Shown here: positions 9,669-19,221 of the stretch, piece by piece | Numbering within the stretch: position 1 is the first letter of the stretch | Layout of the letters: every line of letters starts with the position of its first letter | NCBI GenBank assembly: GCA_049322955.1 | Contig: JBMOPU010000012.1 | Location: 886,186-950,185 of the forward strand | Reading direction: 5' to 3' | Length of the DNA: 64,000 bases | DNA from: Patescibacteria group bacterium | GTDB taxonomy: Bacteria > Patescibacteriota > Microgenomatia > UBA10105 > UBA927 | Notes under the pieces: model-generated | Told to the model about the DNA's origin: nothing | Seen by the model: only the letters and a program-made list of their open reading frames with translations | Databases searched by the model: none | Translations under genes and position numbers: made by a program

Positions 9669-10823
9669 ATGTTCCTGTTAGAGCTGATGCACTTTGGGAA
9701 TGCAAAAGCACGCTTCGCATTAACCCAAAAGCCCAGCAAAGAACTGCTATCCAGACAATATTCCAGGAAAATAGATGCAGCCAATGTATACCGAATTCAT
9801 CTTTATTTCCCAAAAGAAATAATGTCGTAGCAAGCGTATATACAATCAGCCACAACTTTGATTCTGTCCAGGAAAATGCAAGAGGTAATACAAAATATTG
9901 CGCACTTATCCCGGTCGTGGTCGCTAAAAAGATAACCAACGAATGCCCCATGCTCCGCCAACTATCCTTACGCTTAGCCAAATACATGGCAATGAGGACA
10001 TTCACCACTACAGTTGCCGCAGTCAAGGCTATATATATCATACGTACGCCACCTGATGTCCCTCCAACAGAAGACTCCATGGTAAGCGTTTGTGAGTGCG
10101 CAAGCATCCGATAAACTGATGTAAGAAAAAAAGACACACCATATTGTCCCGGTATGCCACCATAAAAAAATACTTGCGTCACTATTTCCCTCCATGCGCT
10201 GACATAAGGAAGGAATGACATGAAAAAAATAATCATTGTCGTGGCAATTCTGAGGAAACCTTTTTTACACCCCAATGACTAAAAAACAGAATAAGAAGAG
10301 GAAAAAGAACGATGTGCTTGGTCAAAAGCGCCATTGTACCGAGCAGCCATGCGATAAACGGTAATTTTTTTTGAAAACTTAGCCAAGAAAGAATAAGAAA
10401 AAGAATGGCAAAATTATCGAATTGCCCGTGCTTAGAAGAAATAATCATCGATATGGGATTAAGAAAGTAGAAGAGAAGCGGGTGAAATATTGAAATCTTC
10501 CTCGTTCGGGCAATGTGTGTTAATACAACTAAGGTAACTACATCAACTACCGACAAAAAAAGTCTGATAAATACTGCAAACGGTACGCTCGGGAATATGT
10601 TAGTGCGTATCTGATCCAAGGTTCCCAATATATAAAACCATACAGGGGTATAATTATACGCGGATTGAGCTGAATATATGTTTTCTCCCTGATGGAAAAT
10701 CTCGACATCTTTAAGATAGTTCGTTATATCGACGTTATATGGCAGTGTGGAGAACCATGCTCGAAGGATAATCCCTGAAAGGAGCAAAATGACATATATA
10801 CCATGAAAGAATTTCGCATTCAT
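9649..10823 (-). CDS. GT87/PIG-M-like GT-C glycosyltransferase split by a -1 frameshift (ORFs 10233-10823 + 9649-10275; about 391 aa if fused)
   Basis: N-half has NVDITNY, YNYTP.W, FLNP.S..ISSKHGQFD, TKH. C-half has further TMs and SAQYFVLP. The frames join at GTA AAA AAG to give ...WGVKK-GFLRIATT... Confidence 0.75.
10260..10266 (-). other. A_AAA_AAG slippery heptamer / A6 tract at the frameshift junction
   Basis: Minus strand reads TGG GGT GTA AAA AAG GTT. The heptamer is in the X_XXY_YYZ phase, and a -1 shift enters the downstream ORF. Confidence 0.6.
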
Positions 10824-10827
10824 ATGG

Positions 10828-12441
10828 CTATTTTTCCATATATTTACCCACAGTCGATTTTAGAGTTTTGTTGTTCCAGTTTAACTTGACAACCTGCGCA
10901 TCAACAGTCAAAAGCTCTGCATCAAGATAAGATTTTTCTGAAAGATAAAATCTAAAACCGATCTTTCCATGCTCATAATATCCCTCACTCCCCCAATTCC
11001 ATAAATCCTCGGCTTTAAAAAAGCTATCATATCTATATATATTTGAATTAACCACCATAGCCACATATCCGACACCTGAGTAGAGAGGGGGTAAATCTCC
11101 GGTATTTACGATAATTGTTTTTGAACTCGTATACTTGCTGGCTTGTTGCAAGGCTTGCACATAACTTGCCATCGGTCTTGCAATGTTAAGAGCGTGATTG
11201 ATATCTTTATGAAAAAAAATAGTATTTCTAAGAATAATAAATGAGAACACCACATAAATTATAATTGACTTAGAGCTATATTTCTCCAATAAAGATCTAA
11301 CTAGCGCACCAAATAATAAAGATAAGAAAATTGCCGAAATATAATAGTGACGAGATTCAAGTCGTAGACTTGTAGGTAATAAAATATACGGCACTGCTGT
11401 TACTAATACTGAAAGTAAAGTAAAGCGAATAAAGTTTTTATCGATTAATTTCTGAAATAACAAGAACGCACCCATCCCAATTCCAATAACCGGACCAACG
11501 ATATAAAAAGATATAAATTCATTAAAAATATCCGCGTTAAGTATAAAACCATATGGAATAATCTTTGTCGAGAGCACAGTGTTTCCGATAAATTTTCCTA
11601 GGAATACTTTATCGTGATCATTTATGAGTAATGATGCCAGCATGGAAGCAGGCATAACGATTGAATTTTTAATAACATTTTGTAAATCGATGCCGCCAAT
11701 GTGTAGTTCTGAAACATTTTGAAAATAGAGGTAAATACTTCCAAAACGCAAAATCAGATATAAAGATATAAAAATAGCTGAGGTTGTAAATTTTTTGACA
11801 TTTCGAGATATGATAAGTTCATACAATGCAATTATTATCACAGCGACTATTACATCTTCTTTGAACAAAAGACCAACGAAGAGCGATATATATGCAACCG
11901 TAAAACCCCAGGATATTTTTCTTTCATAATTCGCATAGATTAGCAGACCGCTAAGTAACAAGAAGGTTGAAGGTAACCCAACCAACGATGCTGCATACCA
12001 AGTGATAGTTTGACTAGCTTGCGAAAATGTTAAAAAAAATAACGCAGAATAAAAGGATATTACTTTTGTAAAAAAACGTCTCGATAAAAAATACACCAAT
12101 AAAACATTAGCAATAGAGAATATATATGTAAAAATGAAGTATGGAAGCGTGTGTAGTTGAAATTGCTTATAAACGTAATAATAGGTGAACCATGACAGAG
12201 GTACAAAATGATAACTAAATGGTTTTATCAGACAAACGAGCCCGCAATCCCTAACTGATAACACCTTTCCAAAAAGGTACCACTCATCTGCTTGAAAATA
12301 TAATCCTTTAAGAGGTACAAATAAAGCCAACGAAATAAGTATTAAAATGCCAATCAGAAGAATATCTGATTTCAGCATATTTGCTTTTACTCTGCTTGCG
12401 AATTTGGACATATTGACTCGCACCAAGGCATATTTCCGCAT
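10828..12441 (-). CDS. PMT/ArnT-like GT-C glycosyltransferase (very AT-rich gene)
   Basis: TM1 + YFQADEW, HFVPL, LLFKE, ESRHYY. Start may instead be 12411 or 12378. Confidence 0.72.
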   Translation of the reverse strand: MRKYALVRVNMSKFASRVKANMLKSDILLIGILILISLALFVPLKGLYFQADEWYLFGKVLSVRDCGLVCLIKPFSYHFVPLSWFTYYYVYKQFQLHTLPYFIFTYIFSIANVLLVYFLSRRFFTKVISFYSALFFLTFSQASQTITWYAASLVGLPSTFLLLSGLLIYANYERKISWGFTVAYISLFVGLLFKEDVIVAVIIIALYELIISRNVKKFTTSAIFISLYLILRFGSIYLYFQNVSELHIGGIDLQNVIKNSIVMPASMLASLLINDHDKVFLGKFIGNTVLSTKIIPYGFILNADIFNEFISFYIVGPVIGIGMGAFLLFQKLIDKNFIRFTLLSVLVTAVPYILLPTSLRLESRHYYISAIFLSLLFGALVRSLLEKYSSKSIIIYVVFSFIILRNTIFFHKDINHALNIARPMASYVQALQQASKYTSSKTIIVNTGDLPPLYSGVGYVAMVVNSNIYRYDSFFKAEDLWNWGSEGYYEHGKIGFRFYLSEKSYLDAELLTVDAQVVKLNWNNKTLKSTVGKYMEK

Positions 12442-12464
12442 AGTATGTATCAGATTTACTGAGA

Positions 12465-13508
12465 TTATTCATCTATATAATTCTCTACCCCTACGGTCAT
12501 CAGATAGTAATATTTCAAATGAGGATGCCTCATAATTTGAGGCCAAAACTCGTTGTCTGATCGAGTACGAATCGTCTTCTGTATATAGGCACGCTTATTG
12601 AGTGTTTTAGGCAAGATGCTAATATTCCAAAATATAGCTCTGTATATCGCCAACGCTATGCGTCCTTTATTTTTGATAACGCAGAATAATGAGTAAAGCA
12701 TGCATATAAAAAGGTGAATTGGAAGTATAGAGATTAACTTAAATGCTCCTAAATTTTTAATATAAGAGTTTATTCGATTTTTAAAGGAATGGTATTGAAC
12801 GAATGAATTATCCATTTGTCCACTTGTAGCTCCCATCTTGTGATAGACAATTGACGAAGGAACAAAGACAACTTTATAGCCACTCAACCACACCCTATGA
12901 CATAAGTCCGTTTCCTCAAAATAAGCAAAATAGTCCGAATCAAACATTTCACTATTAACAAGTACTGCATCTAAAGTTTTTTTTCGTATCATCAAACACG
13001 CACCTTTAGCCGAGTAAGTAAGTAACTGCTTGTTATAAAATGTTCCGTTTTTCTTTGCGTAACCGTAGTGGTACAGAAAGCCTGTAGGGGTAAGATATGC
13101 GCCCACCGAATCCAAATACCCTGGATTATCCATCATTAACAGCTTACTTTGCGCGGCTCCAATTGCTTTATCTCGTAAAAAAACTCGCACGAGATTACTG
13201 ATACATGTTGATGTAGCCATCGTATCGTTATTTAAAAGGAGGATATATTCTCCATGCGCAGAAGAAAGACCGGCGTTGTTGCCTCCCGCAAAGCCAATAT
13301 TTCTCGAAAGAGAAACGGTTACAACCTCAGGAAATTTTTGCCGGACAAATTCGACTGAACCGTCGTGAGATCCGTTATCAACAAAAATAATCTCAATGTG
13401 TCTATATTGCTGTTTTCTAAGACTATTTATGCATTTTTTGAGGTGATTTTTCCCGTTAAAATTTACTATAATAACTGATACAAGCGGGTGTTTTTCTGTA
13501 TTTTTCAT
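12465..13508 (-). CDS. GT2 glycosyltransferase (WbbL/GT2-c-like)
   Basis: VSVIIVNFNG, VDNGS.DGS, N.GFAGGNN, LLNNDT, YFEETDLC.R. ATG at 13508 gives an ATGA overlap. Confidence 0.92.
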   Translation of the reverse strand: MKNTEKHPLVSVIIVNFNGKNHLKKCINSLRKQQYRHIEIIFVDNGSHDGSVEFVRQKFPEVVTVSLSRNIGFAGGNNAGLSSAHGEYILLLNNDTMATSTCISNLVRVFLRDKAIGAAQSKLLMMDNPGYLDSVGAYLTPTGFLYHYGYAKKNGTFYNKQLLTYSAKGACLMIRKKTLDAVLVNSEMFDSDYFAYFEETDLCHRVWLSGYKVVFVPSSIVYHKMGATSGQMDNSFVQYHSFKNRINSYIKNLGAFKLISILPIHLFICMLYSLFCVIKNKGRIALAIYRAIFWNISILPKTLNKRAYIQKTIRTRSDNEFWPQIMRHPHLKYYYLMTVGVENYIDE

Positions 13509-14383
13509 TTCTTTTGTAATGCAACCATAATATTGGATGCCCAAAATTTGGAGGATATCTGTTTTTCATCAATATCTTCAATTATTTTTTCTAGCATTGA
13601 AATTCGCAGAAGTGATAAAAATGCCCCGAAAAGTTTTACAAGGTGTCCCGTGTAATATACCGCTTTAACTGCATATCTTTTTCCGAATAATGACACAATG
13701 TCTTCGAGTGAGTAATGACGGTAATGCCCCACTTTTCTATCAGAATACATGTAAATGGGAATGAACAACGGGAAGACATATCGGAAAGCAAGAGGGACAC
13801 CGACAATAACTATTCCAAATTTTTTTATGTATTCATTTAATTGAACTACTACCTTTTTATCATTTTGCAGGTGTTCTATAACATGCAGAAGAATTGTCAT
13901 TTGTACGCTTCTTTTTTTTAGCCGTAATTTTGTGATGTCTGAGGCTACAAACAGAATACGATTCTGTAATTTTTTTATCTTTGCGACTGCTCTCGCATGA
14001 AAAAGCCCTTCAATAGAAAGATCGCACGCGATGACCGTGTATCCTAACTCCGCAAGAGCAATGGAAACATATCCCTGACCACATGCCGCATCCAGAATTA
14101 TTGATTTTTTGTTCGTAGGCAGGAAAGGCTGTAACCGTCGAATATATCTATTCCGCCATTCAAATTGCGTATTTGCATAGTCATTTACATACTCTTTGTC
14201 ATAATAGTTTTTTTGATGTTCATTATGTGTGTCCTCAAACACCCTGTCATCCAGAAAATTTATCACGCCGTTGGTGACTGCATACCGCTTTTTGCAACGT
14301 CCACAAATGATTGCTTTTTTACCTTGCCCTGATAGGGCGCCGCCGCAAGACGGACAGCAAATTATTCTTAAAAGATTATTCAT
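13505..14383 (-). CDS. SAM-dependent methyltransferase with N-terminal Trm112-like Zn-ribbon
   Basis: CPSCGG...CGRCKKRY..NGVI, ILDAACGQG, HVIEHL, GHYRHY. Confidence 0.88.
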   Translation of the reverse strand: MNNLLRIICCPSCGGALSGQGKKAIICGRCKKRYAVTNGVINFLDDRVFEDTHNEHQKNYYDKEYVNDYANTQFEWRNRYIRRLQPFLPTNKKSIILDAACGQGYVSIALAELGYTVIACDLSIEGLFHARAVAKIKKLQNRILFVASDITKLRLKKRSVQMTILLHVIEHLQNDKKVVVQLNEYIKKFGIVIVGVPLAFRYVFPLFIPIYMYSDRKVGHYRHYSLEDIVSLFGKRYAVKAVYYTGHLVKLFGAFLSLLRISMLEKIIEDIDEKQISSKFWASNIMVALQKK

Positions 14384-15540
14384 AGTGCCTTCGCAAACTC
14401 ATACTCATATATTTTATATATATCGTTCTTTTCTGCATATAGTCTGCTCTGCGTACATATGTGTGTGTGCTTTTTTTTGTCTTTATAGAGATCTAAGACG
14501 CCCTTGGCAAATGAGCATGGGTCTCCCGGTACTACGATCCCTGTGCCGTATTTGATAACGCGTTTGGAGAAACTATAGCCCTTTGTCACAATGGTAGGTA
14601 TACCCGCAGCCGCATAAATTTGAATCTTCATAGGATCTGTGGTGGTAAGAAGTGAAGAGTCATCCTTCCTATAGGGCGCCAAACCGCAGAGGTATGAACC
14701 GAGTTTGGAAGCATACGTAAATATATCCTGATACCCATGTAATCGAACATAATTTTCCAGTGAAAATTTTTTTACTTTATTCAGTATGATTGCTTCTTCT
14801 GATCCTACTCCGATAATATCCAGTCTGAATGACGGCTCATATTTATGTATTTCTTTGAGTATGTCCGGTAATAGATCAGCCCCGTTCATGCGATTAAGCG
14901 TTCCTATGAAAACAAGTGTCGGCGTTTCTAACTTTTTATGCCTCCTGGGAAAAAGCGCCACCGGAACATTTGCGGGAATCACCCGTATGGGTTTTTGCTC
15001 CTTCATCCTTCTGCTTATTTGAATATCGTTCGATAATGCCCAATTTATATCACTGTTTGCATACGCAAAGCCGTCCAGCAAACGATACAAAACGTTCATT
15101 TTCGCTCCGCTAAAACGTTTTTTTGCAATACCGTGCGAATAAAAAATAACTCTTTTACATCCCCCGATACGACGGAAAAATATCGCTATGAGAGCAAGAA
15201 GAGAATTTTGTGCAATAACGAGGTCAAAAGATTGATGACGCATCCTGAATAACACCCACAGCCCCTGAAGGAAATGCAGGATATAGGTTAACGACGGGTG
15301 TCCGACGTATGTACGAATATTCTTCGTTGCTATCTTCTTGCCATATCTGTACTCATACACCTCGATATGCGTGAGTAACGGAATTTCAGGAAGGGGGAAT
15401 TTAATAGCTGCTACGTATTGTGTTTTATGATCATTCAAATAAAGAGTCAAAAAGTCTTGCATGGCAGTAGTGGCGTAATGGGACAGTAGGAGCACCCGCG
15501 AAGACCTGTATCTCTCTTTGTTGGTATCTTTTTCGTTCAT
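14380..15540 (-). CDS. GT4 glycosyltransferase, paralogue of 1269-2516
   Basis: LVFIGTL..MNGADL, IIGVG, GLAPY, DPMKIQIYAAAGIPTI. Confidence 0.86.
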   Translation of the reverse strand: MNEKDTNKERYRSSRVLLLSHYATTAMQDFLTLYLNDHKTQYVAAIKFPLPEIPLLTHIEVYEYRYGKKIATKNIRTYVGHPSLTYILHFLQGLWVLFRMRHQSFDLVIAQNSLLALIAIFFRRIGGCKRVIFYSHGIAKKRFSGAKMNVLYRLLDGFAYANSDINWALSNDIQISRRMKEQKPIRVIPANVPVALFPRRHKKLETPTLVFIGTLNRMNGADLLPDILKEIHKYEPSFRLDIIGVGSEEAIILNKVKKFSLENYVRLHGYQDIFTYASKLGSYLCGLAPYRKDDSSLLTTTDPMKIQIYAAAGIPTIVTKGYSFSKRVIKYGTGIVVPGDPCSFAKGVLDLYKDKKKHTHICTQSRLYAEKNDIYKIYEYEFAKAL

Positions 15541-16481
15541 ACATTCTCACACATATGTTTTATTCCCTTGTCGATAGTATATTGCTCCTTAAAGGGTGTA
15601 AGCGTAAGAAATTGTTTGTTTGAATATTTCCGATGAACAGATTGGCTTTCTGGCGGTGAGTACCTTATTTTTGATTTTGAACCTGTAATATCCACAACTT
15701 TTTTGGCCAGTTCGTATAAATTTATCCGTTGTGATCCGATAATGTTCACCGGTTCACCCGTTGCGTGCTTCTCAATAAGAAGCGTTAGTGCCCGTGCAAG
15801 ATCGGTAACGAACATAAATGTTAATTCCTTGCTTTTTGGTGCCGTAATCTTTATCGGCTTATTGGCTTTGGCAAGATGTATGAATGTCGGGATAACTCGT
15901 CCTTTTGCTACATCGTCCCCGGGTCCATATACGTTGCCCGCTCTGGCAATTGCGATGCGAAGATTCTTATCGTGATAATACTTGCCTAAAATTTCTGTAT
16001 ATCTTTTTACCCATGCATACGCGCCGATATCTTCATCAAACCAATAGCCCCGATTAAAACGCTTATCCACCACACTTGATTTTGATATTGCATAGACTTC
16101 TACAGAGCTCATTAAGAGTAGCCGTGATACCCGGTTTATTTTGCATGCATCCAAAATATTCAACGCGATTCTCGTGTTCGTCTGCAAGATTTCATGTGTA
16201 TGCGCCTGCTTATACGCCGTCCCGCCATCTAAGCCTGCGAAATGAAACACAATATCGGTGTTTTTCAGGACGCGAACGGTATTTTCGCGATTATTTAAAT
16301 CAACGACGCAAACTCGTAGATTTTTTTTCCGTACGGCATTAGGTTTCTGTTTTGATCGATGAGACACTAGTGCCGTCACCCGGGCACCATGTTCAGACAA
16401 AAATCGTACAACATGACTTCCGATAAACCCTCCGGCTCCGGTCACGGCAACTTTTTTATTAATCCAAAAGGAGTCACTCAT
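15537..16481 (-). CDS. Extended-SDR NDP-sugar epimerase/reductase (divergent GME/fucose-synthase-like)
   Basis: VTGAGGFIGS, FAGLDGG, SSVEVY, YAWVK, RAGNVYGPGD. Confidence 0.85.
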   Translation of the reverse strand: MSDSFWINKKVAVTGAGGFIGSHVVRFLSEHGARVTALVSHRSKQKPNAVRKKNLRVCVVDLNNRENTVRVLKNTDIVFHFAGLDGGTAYKQAHTHEILQTNTRIALNILDACKINRVSRLLLMSSVEVYAISKSSVVDKRFNRGYWFDEDIGAYAWVKRYTEILGKYYHDKNLRIAIARAGNVYGPGDDVAKGRVIPTFIHLAKANKPIKITAPKSKELTFMFVTDLARALTLLIEKHATGEPVNIIGSQRINLYELAKKVVDITGSKSKIRYSPPESQSVHRKYSNKQFLTLTPFKEQYTIDKGIKHMCENV

Positions 16482-17314
16482 GATTTTCGCAGTATTGCAG
16501 TAAGAATACCTAGCAATCCGGCTGTGTATTCGACTGTCCTCATAATAATAAAGGCGAGTGTATCAACGGGACGGTGGAGAAACAATCTCCAGTTACGGAT
16601 ATATGCCATACGTATGGGAAAGTAACTTTTGGTTGCCGCTTTTGGTCGCTTCGCAAGGTATAACAACGAATCTCTGCCGTACATATATCGTTTTCGAAAC
16701 AGTTTTCTTAGCGTAAGCGCCCCTTCATTATGACGAAGAATTTCAGTACTCCAGTAAGTGGCGAATCCCCCTTCTTGCAACGCTACCGCCAGATCCCAAT
16801 CATCGCCACCGCCACCCAGTGATGTATCAAGCCCCCCTAATCGTTTCCATACGCTGGCCTTCACAAAACGAGGCGCTTCGATAGTTTCGTCACCCCAGTA
16901 GCATTGCCGCTCTAAATTTTTTGCCCGTGCCCAAATACCTTCACCGAATGAATCCTCCGATACGATCACCGCGTCTGCCCCTTTTTTACACAGATCAACG
17001 CAATTTTTTATTACTTTTGGGGTCAACTCCATATCTGCATCAATGATATATATGAATTCACCCTTAGCTTTTTTCGCTCCGTAATTCCGTCGGTAAGGAG
17101 CATCAAAATATCCCCGGGGCACCTTTGGGTTATAGGTATATACATGTGCGCCATACTGCTTGGCTATTACCCTTGTGTCGTCGGTGGAGTTACCGTCAAC
17201 GAGTATGATTTCAATATCTTTGTGTGTCTGTGCCCTCACGCTTCGAAGGCAATTTTCTAAAAAAACGGCGGAATTTTTTGTGGGTATGATGACGGATACT
17301 TGCCCTTTTTTCAT
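16478..17314 (-). CDS. GT2 glycosyltransferase
   Basis: VSVIIPTKN, VDGNSTD, RNYGA, IIDAD, GGDDWD. Confidence 0.9.
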   Translation of the reverse strand: MKKGQVSVIIPTKNSAVFLENCLRSVRAQTHKDIEIILVDGNSTDDTRVIAKQYGAHVYTYNPKVPRGYFDAPYRRNYGAKKAKGEFIYIIDADMELTPKVIKNCVDLCKKGADAVIVSEDSFGEGIWARAKNLERQCYWGDETIEAPRFVKASVWKRLGGLDTSLGGGGDDWDLAVALQEGGFATYWSTEILRHNEGALTLRKLFRKRYMYGRDSLLYLAKRPKAATKSYFPIRMAYIRNWRLFLHRPVDTLAFIIMRTVEYTAGLLGILTAILRKS

Positions 17315-18414
17315 AATATTTCGATAAACCGGTTATACGACACTTTCCATGTGTGCTCATCACTTCCGCCGATTGCGTTTCTTTCCATCCTTTTGCGCAA
17401 CGAGGCATTTCGTATGACCAGCATCATCGCGTCTGCAAGCTCACGGATGTCTGGAGTTGTCGAAAGCAATATTCCGCTACGAAAATCAGCAATAGAATCA
17501 CACAGACCGGTCACACGCGTACCTATACTCGGCGTTCCGCAGGCGGCGGCTTCCGTCACCACCATCCCCCATCCTTCCTTTACCGACGGAAGCAAAAGCG
17601 CCCACGCCTCCTGCATGAGCTTTACCTTCTGATCCTTGGGGTGCTTATCAAAAAACAGATGATCTTTGTTAACCAGAAAAACATTTTTTTGCAGTCCGTA
17701 CTCGTTAATCATTTCTTGGAGCCGTTGTTCCATCGGTCCGTAACCGACGATAGCAAGCTTCGCATCAGGGACTGATTTGACCACGATTCGCATGGCCTCG
17801 ACACACATGTCCGGCCGTTTCATGGCGGTAAGCCGCGCCACAAAAACAAAGAGCGGAGTCTTTGACTTCTTCCCCGGTTTATAGCGATCATGGTCAATCC
17901 CTATGGGAAACGTGCTGATATGGGGAAGCGGGATGCCGAACGAAGCAATATCCTTTTTGACGCTTTCCGAATAGCACACAAACCGCGTCGTTTTATAAGT
18001 GAAGTATTCGAGCGGTTCTAAAAGGTACGCGATATGCGAAATCACGGGCGGCAGTTCATAAAAAAACACTTCCTTGGCCAGTTGATTTACGTAGGCTATT
18101 CGTTTCTCCCTTGGCACATATAAGGGTGTTTGCCAGCAAATGGTGTTGACGCAATCGATCACTTTATCGGGTTTTTCGGCAAGCGAGCGATAATACCGAA
18201 ACGCTTCCCAATAGACCGTAAATCGGTTGCCGCGACGGATAATGCGGATGCCGTCAATCGTCTCTTCCTTTTTTCCGCCGTTGTAGGTTCGGGAAAACCA
18301 CGTCACGGTATGACCGTCACGCACCAACCGTTTGGAGAGTTCATAAAGGATAACTTCCGCTCCTCCGACATCGGGATTTTTTATATCTTTCCAGTTGAGG
18401 ATCAGGATATCCAT
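17311..18414 (-). CDS. GT4 glycosyltransferase
   Basis: NP.VGGAE, RL..MKRP, PSVKEGWGMVVTEAAACGTP (Ex7E), GL.DSI. Confidence 0.92.
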   Translation of the reverse strand: MDILILNWKDIKNPDVGGAEVILYELSKRLVRDGHTVTWFSRTYNGGKKEETIDGIRIIRRGNRFTVYWEAFRYYRSLAEKPDKVIDCVNTICWQTPLYVPREKRIAYVNQLAKEVFFYELPPVISHIAYLLEPLEYFTYKTTRFVCYSESVKKDIASFGIPLPHISTFPIGIDHDRYKPGKKSKTPLFVFVARLTAMKRPDMCVEAMRIVVKSVPDAKLAIVGYGPMEQRLQEMINEYGLQKNVFLVNKDHLFFDKHPKDQKVKLMQEAWALLLPSVKEGWGMVVTEAAACGTPSIGTRVTGLCDSIADFRSGILLSTTPDIRELADAMMLVIRNASLRKRMERNAIGGSDEHTWKVSYNRFIEIL

Positions 18415-18425
18415 AGATAGGCATG

Positions 18426-18431
18426 ATTATA
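18426..18431 (-). promoter_or_regulatory. Candidate sigma70 -10 element (TATAAT) for the GT4 gene at 18414
   Basis: Minus strand GGTATAATCATGCCTATCTATG: a perfect hexamer overlapping the upstream stop codon, 11 nt before the ATG. Confidence 0.4.
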
Positions 18432-19209
18432 CCGCTTTTTGCGCGCAGGCGATCAGCGTCGTGCCAAAGGGCAACGCGATCCGTGTAGTGAGATAAGTAT
18501 CTAGTCGCATGGAAAACAACAGCAATCGGTTAAGCGGAGCGGCGGGCATGCGAAGCACCCCCTCAAGCACCGCCATCGTGTCATCGGTATGCGCGGGTGA
18601 GATCAGCAGTTTTTTCACAAGAAAGTGCGGCAGATACTGAAAAAAACCGAGATATCCGACAAATCGTACCGTGTATCCGCTTTTTTCCAGCGCTTCGATA
18701 AGGGCGGCTTTGGTGTACCGTCGCTTATGCCCCGATATCGTGTCATATGCACTCCATAACTCCGACCGTGCGGGAACCGTCACAAACAACATCCCTCCGG
18801 GATTGAGCAAAGACCGACATCTCTCGAGCGCTTTTGTTGCATGGGCAATATGTTCAATAACGTCAAAGATACCGACTGCATCAAATTTTTTTGCGGGTTT
18901 AAAATCAAAGAGATCGCCGACAACAAACGTTGCGGAAGGCACGCGTTTTCTTGCATATCTGATGCCATCACCGTGCATATCCAGGCCGGTCACCCGAAAC
19001 CCCATCGCGGCAAGTTCACGAAGGACATATCCCGTACCGCATCCGACTTCAAGAAACCGTTTTCCCAGGGGTTTGGGAAAATATTTCGTGATAATTGACC
19101 GGATCGCATGGTTTCTGCCGCGAAACCAAAAATGCCGTTCTTCGCGGTCGACAAGAAGCGCATAGGCTTCTTTCGGGTAATCACTTGCGGGAGATTTTTT
19201 TGCCGTCAT
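18427..19209 (-). CDS. Class I SAM-dependent methyltransferase
   Basis: EERHFWF.GR, LEVGCGTG, FDVIEHI, VTVPA, GHKRRY. Confidence 0.9.
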   Translation of the reverse strand: MTAKKSPASDYPKEAYALLVDREERHFWFRGRNHAIRSIITKYFPKPLGKRFLEVGCGTGYVLRELAAMGFRVTGLDMHGDGIRYARKRVPSATFVVGDLFDFKPAKKFDAVGIFDVIEHIAHATKALERCRSLLNPGGMLFVTVPARSELWSAYDTISGHKRRYTKAALIEALEKSGYTVRFVGYLGFFQYLPHFLVKKLLISPAHTDDTMAVLEGVLRMPAAPLNRLLLFSMRLDTYLTTRIALPFGTTLIACAQKAV

Positions 19210-19221
19210 ACATGCCCCGTA

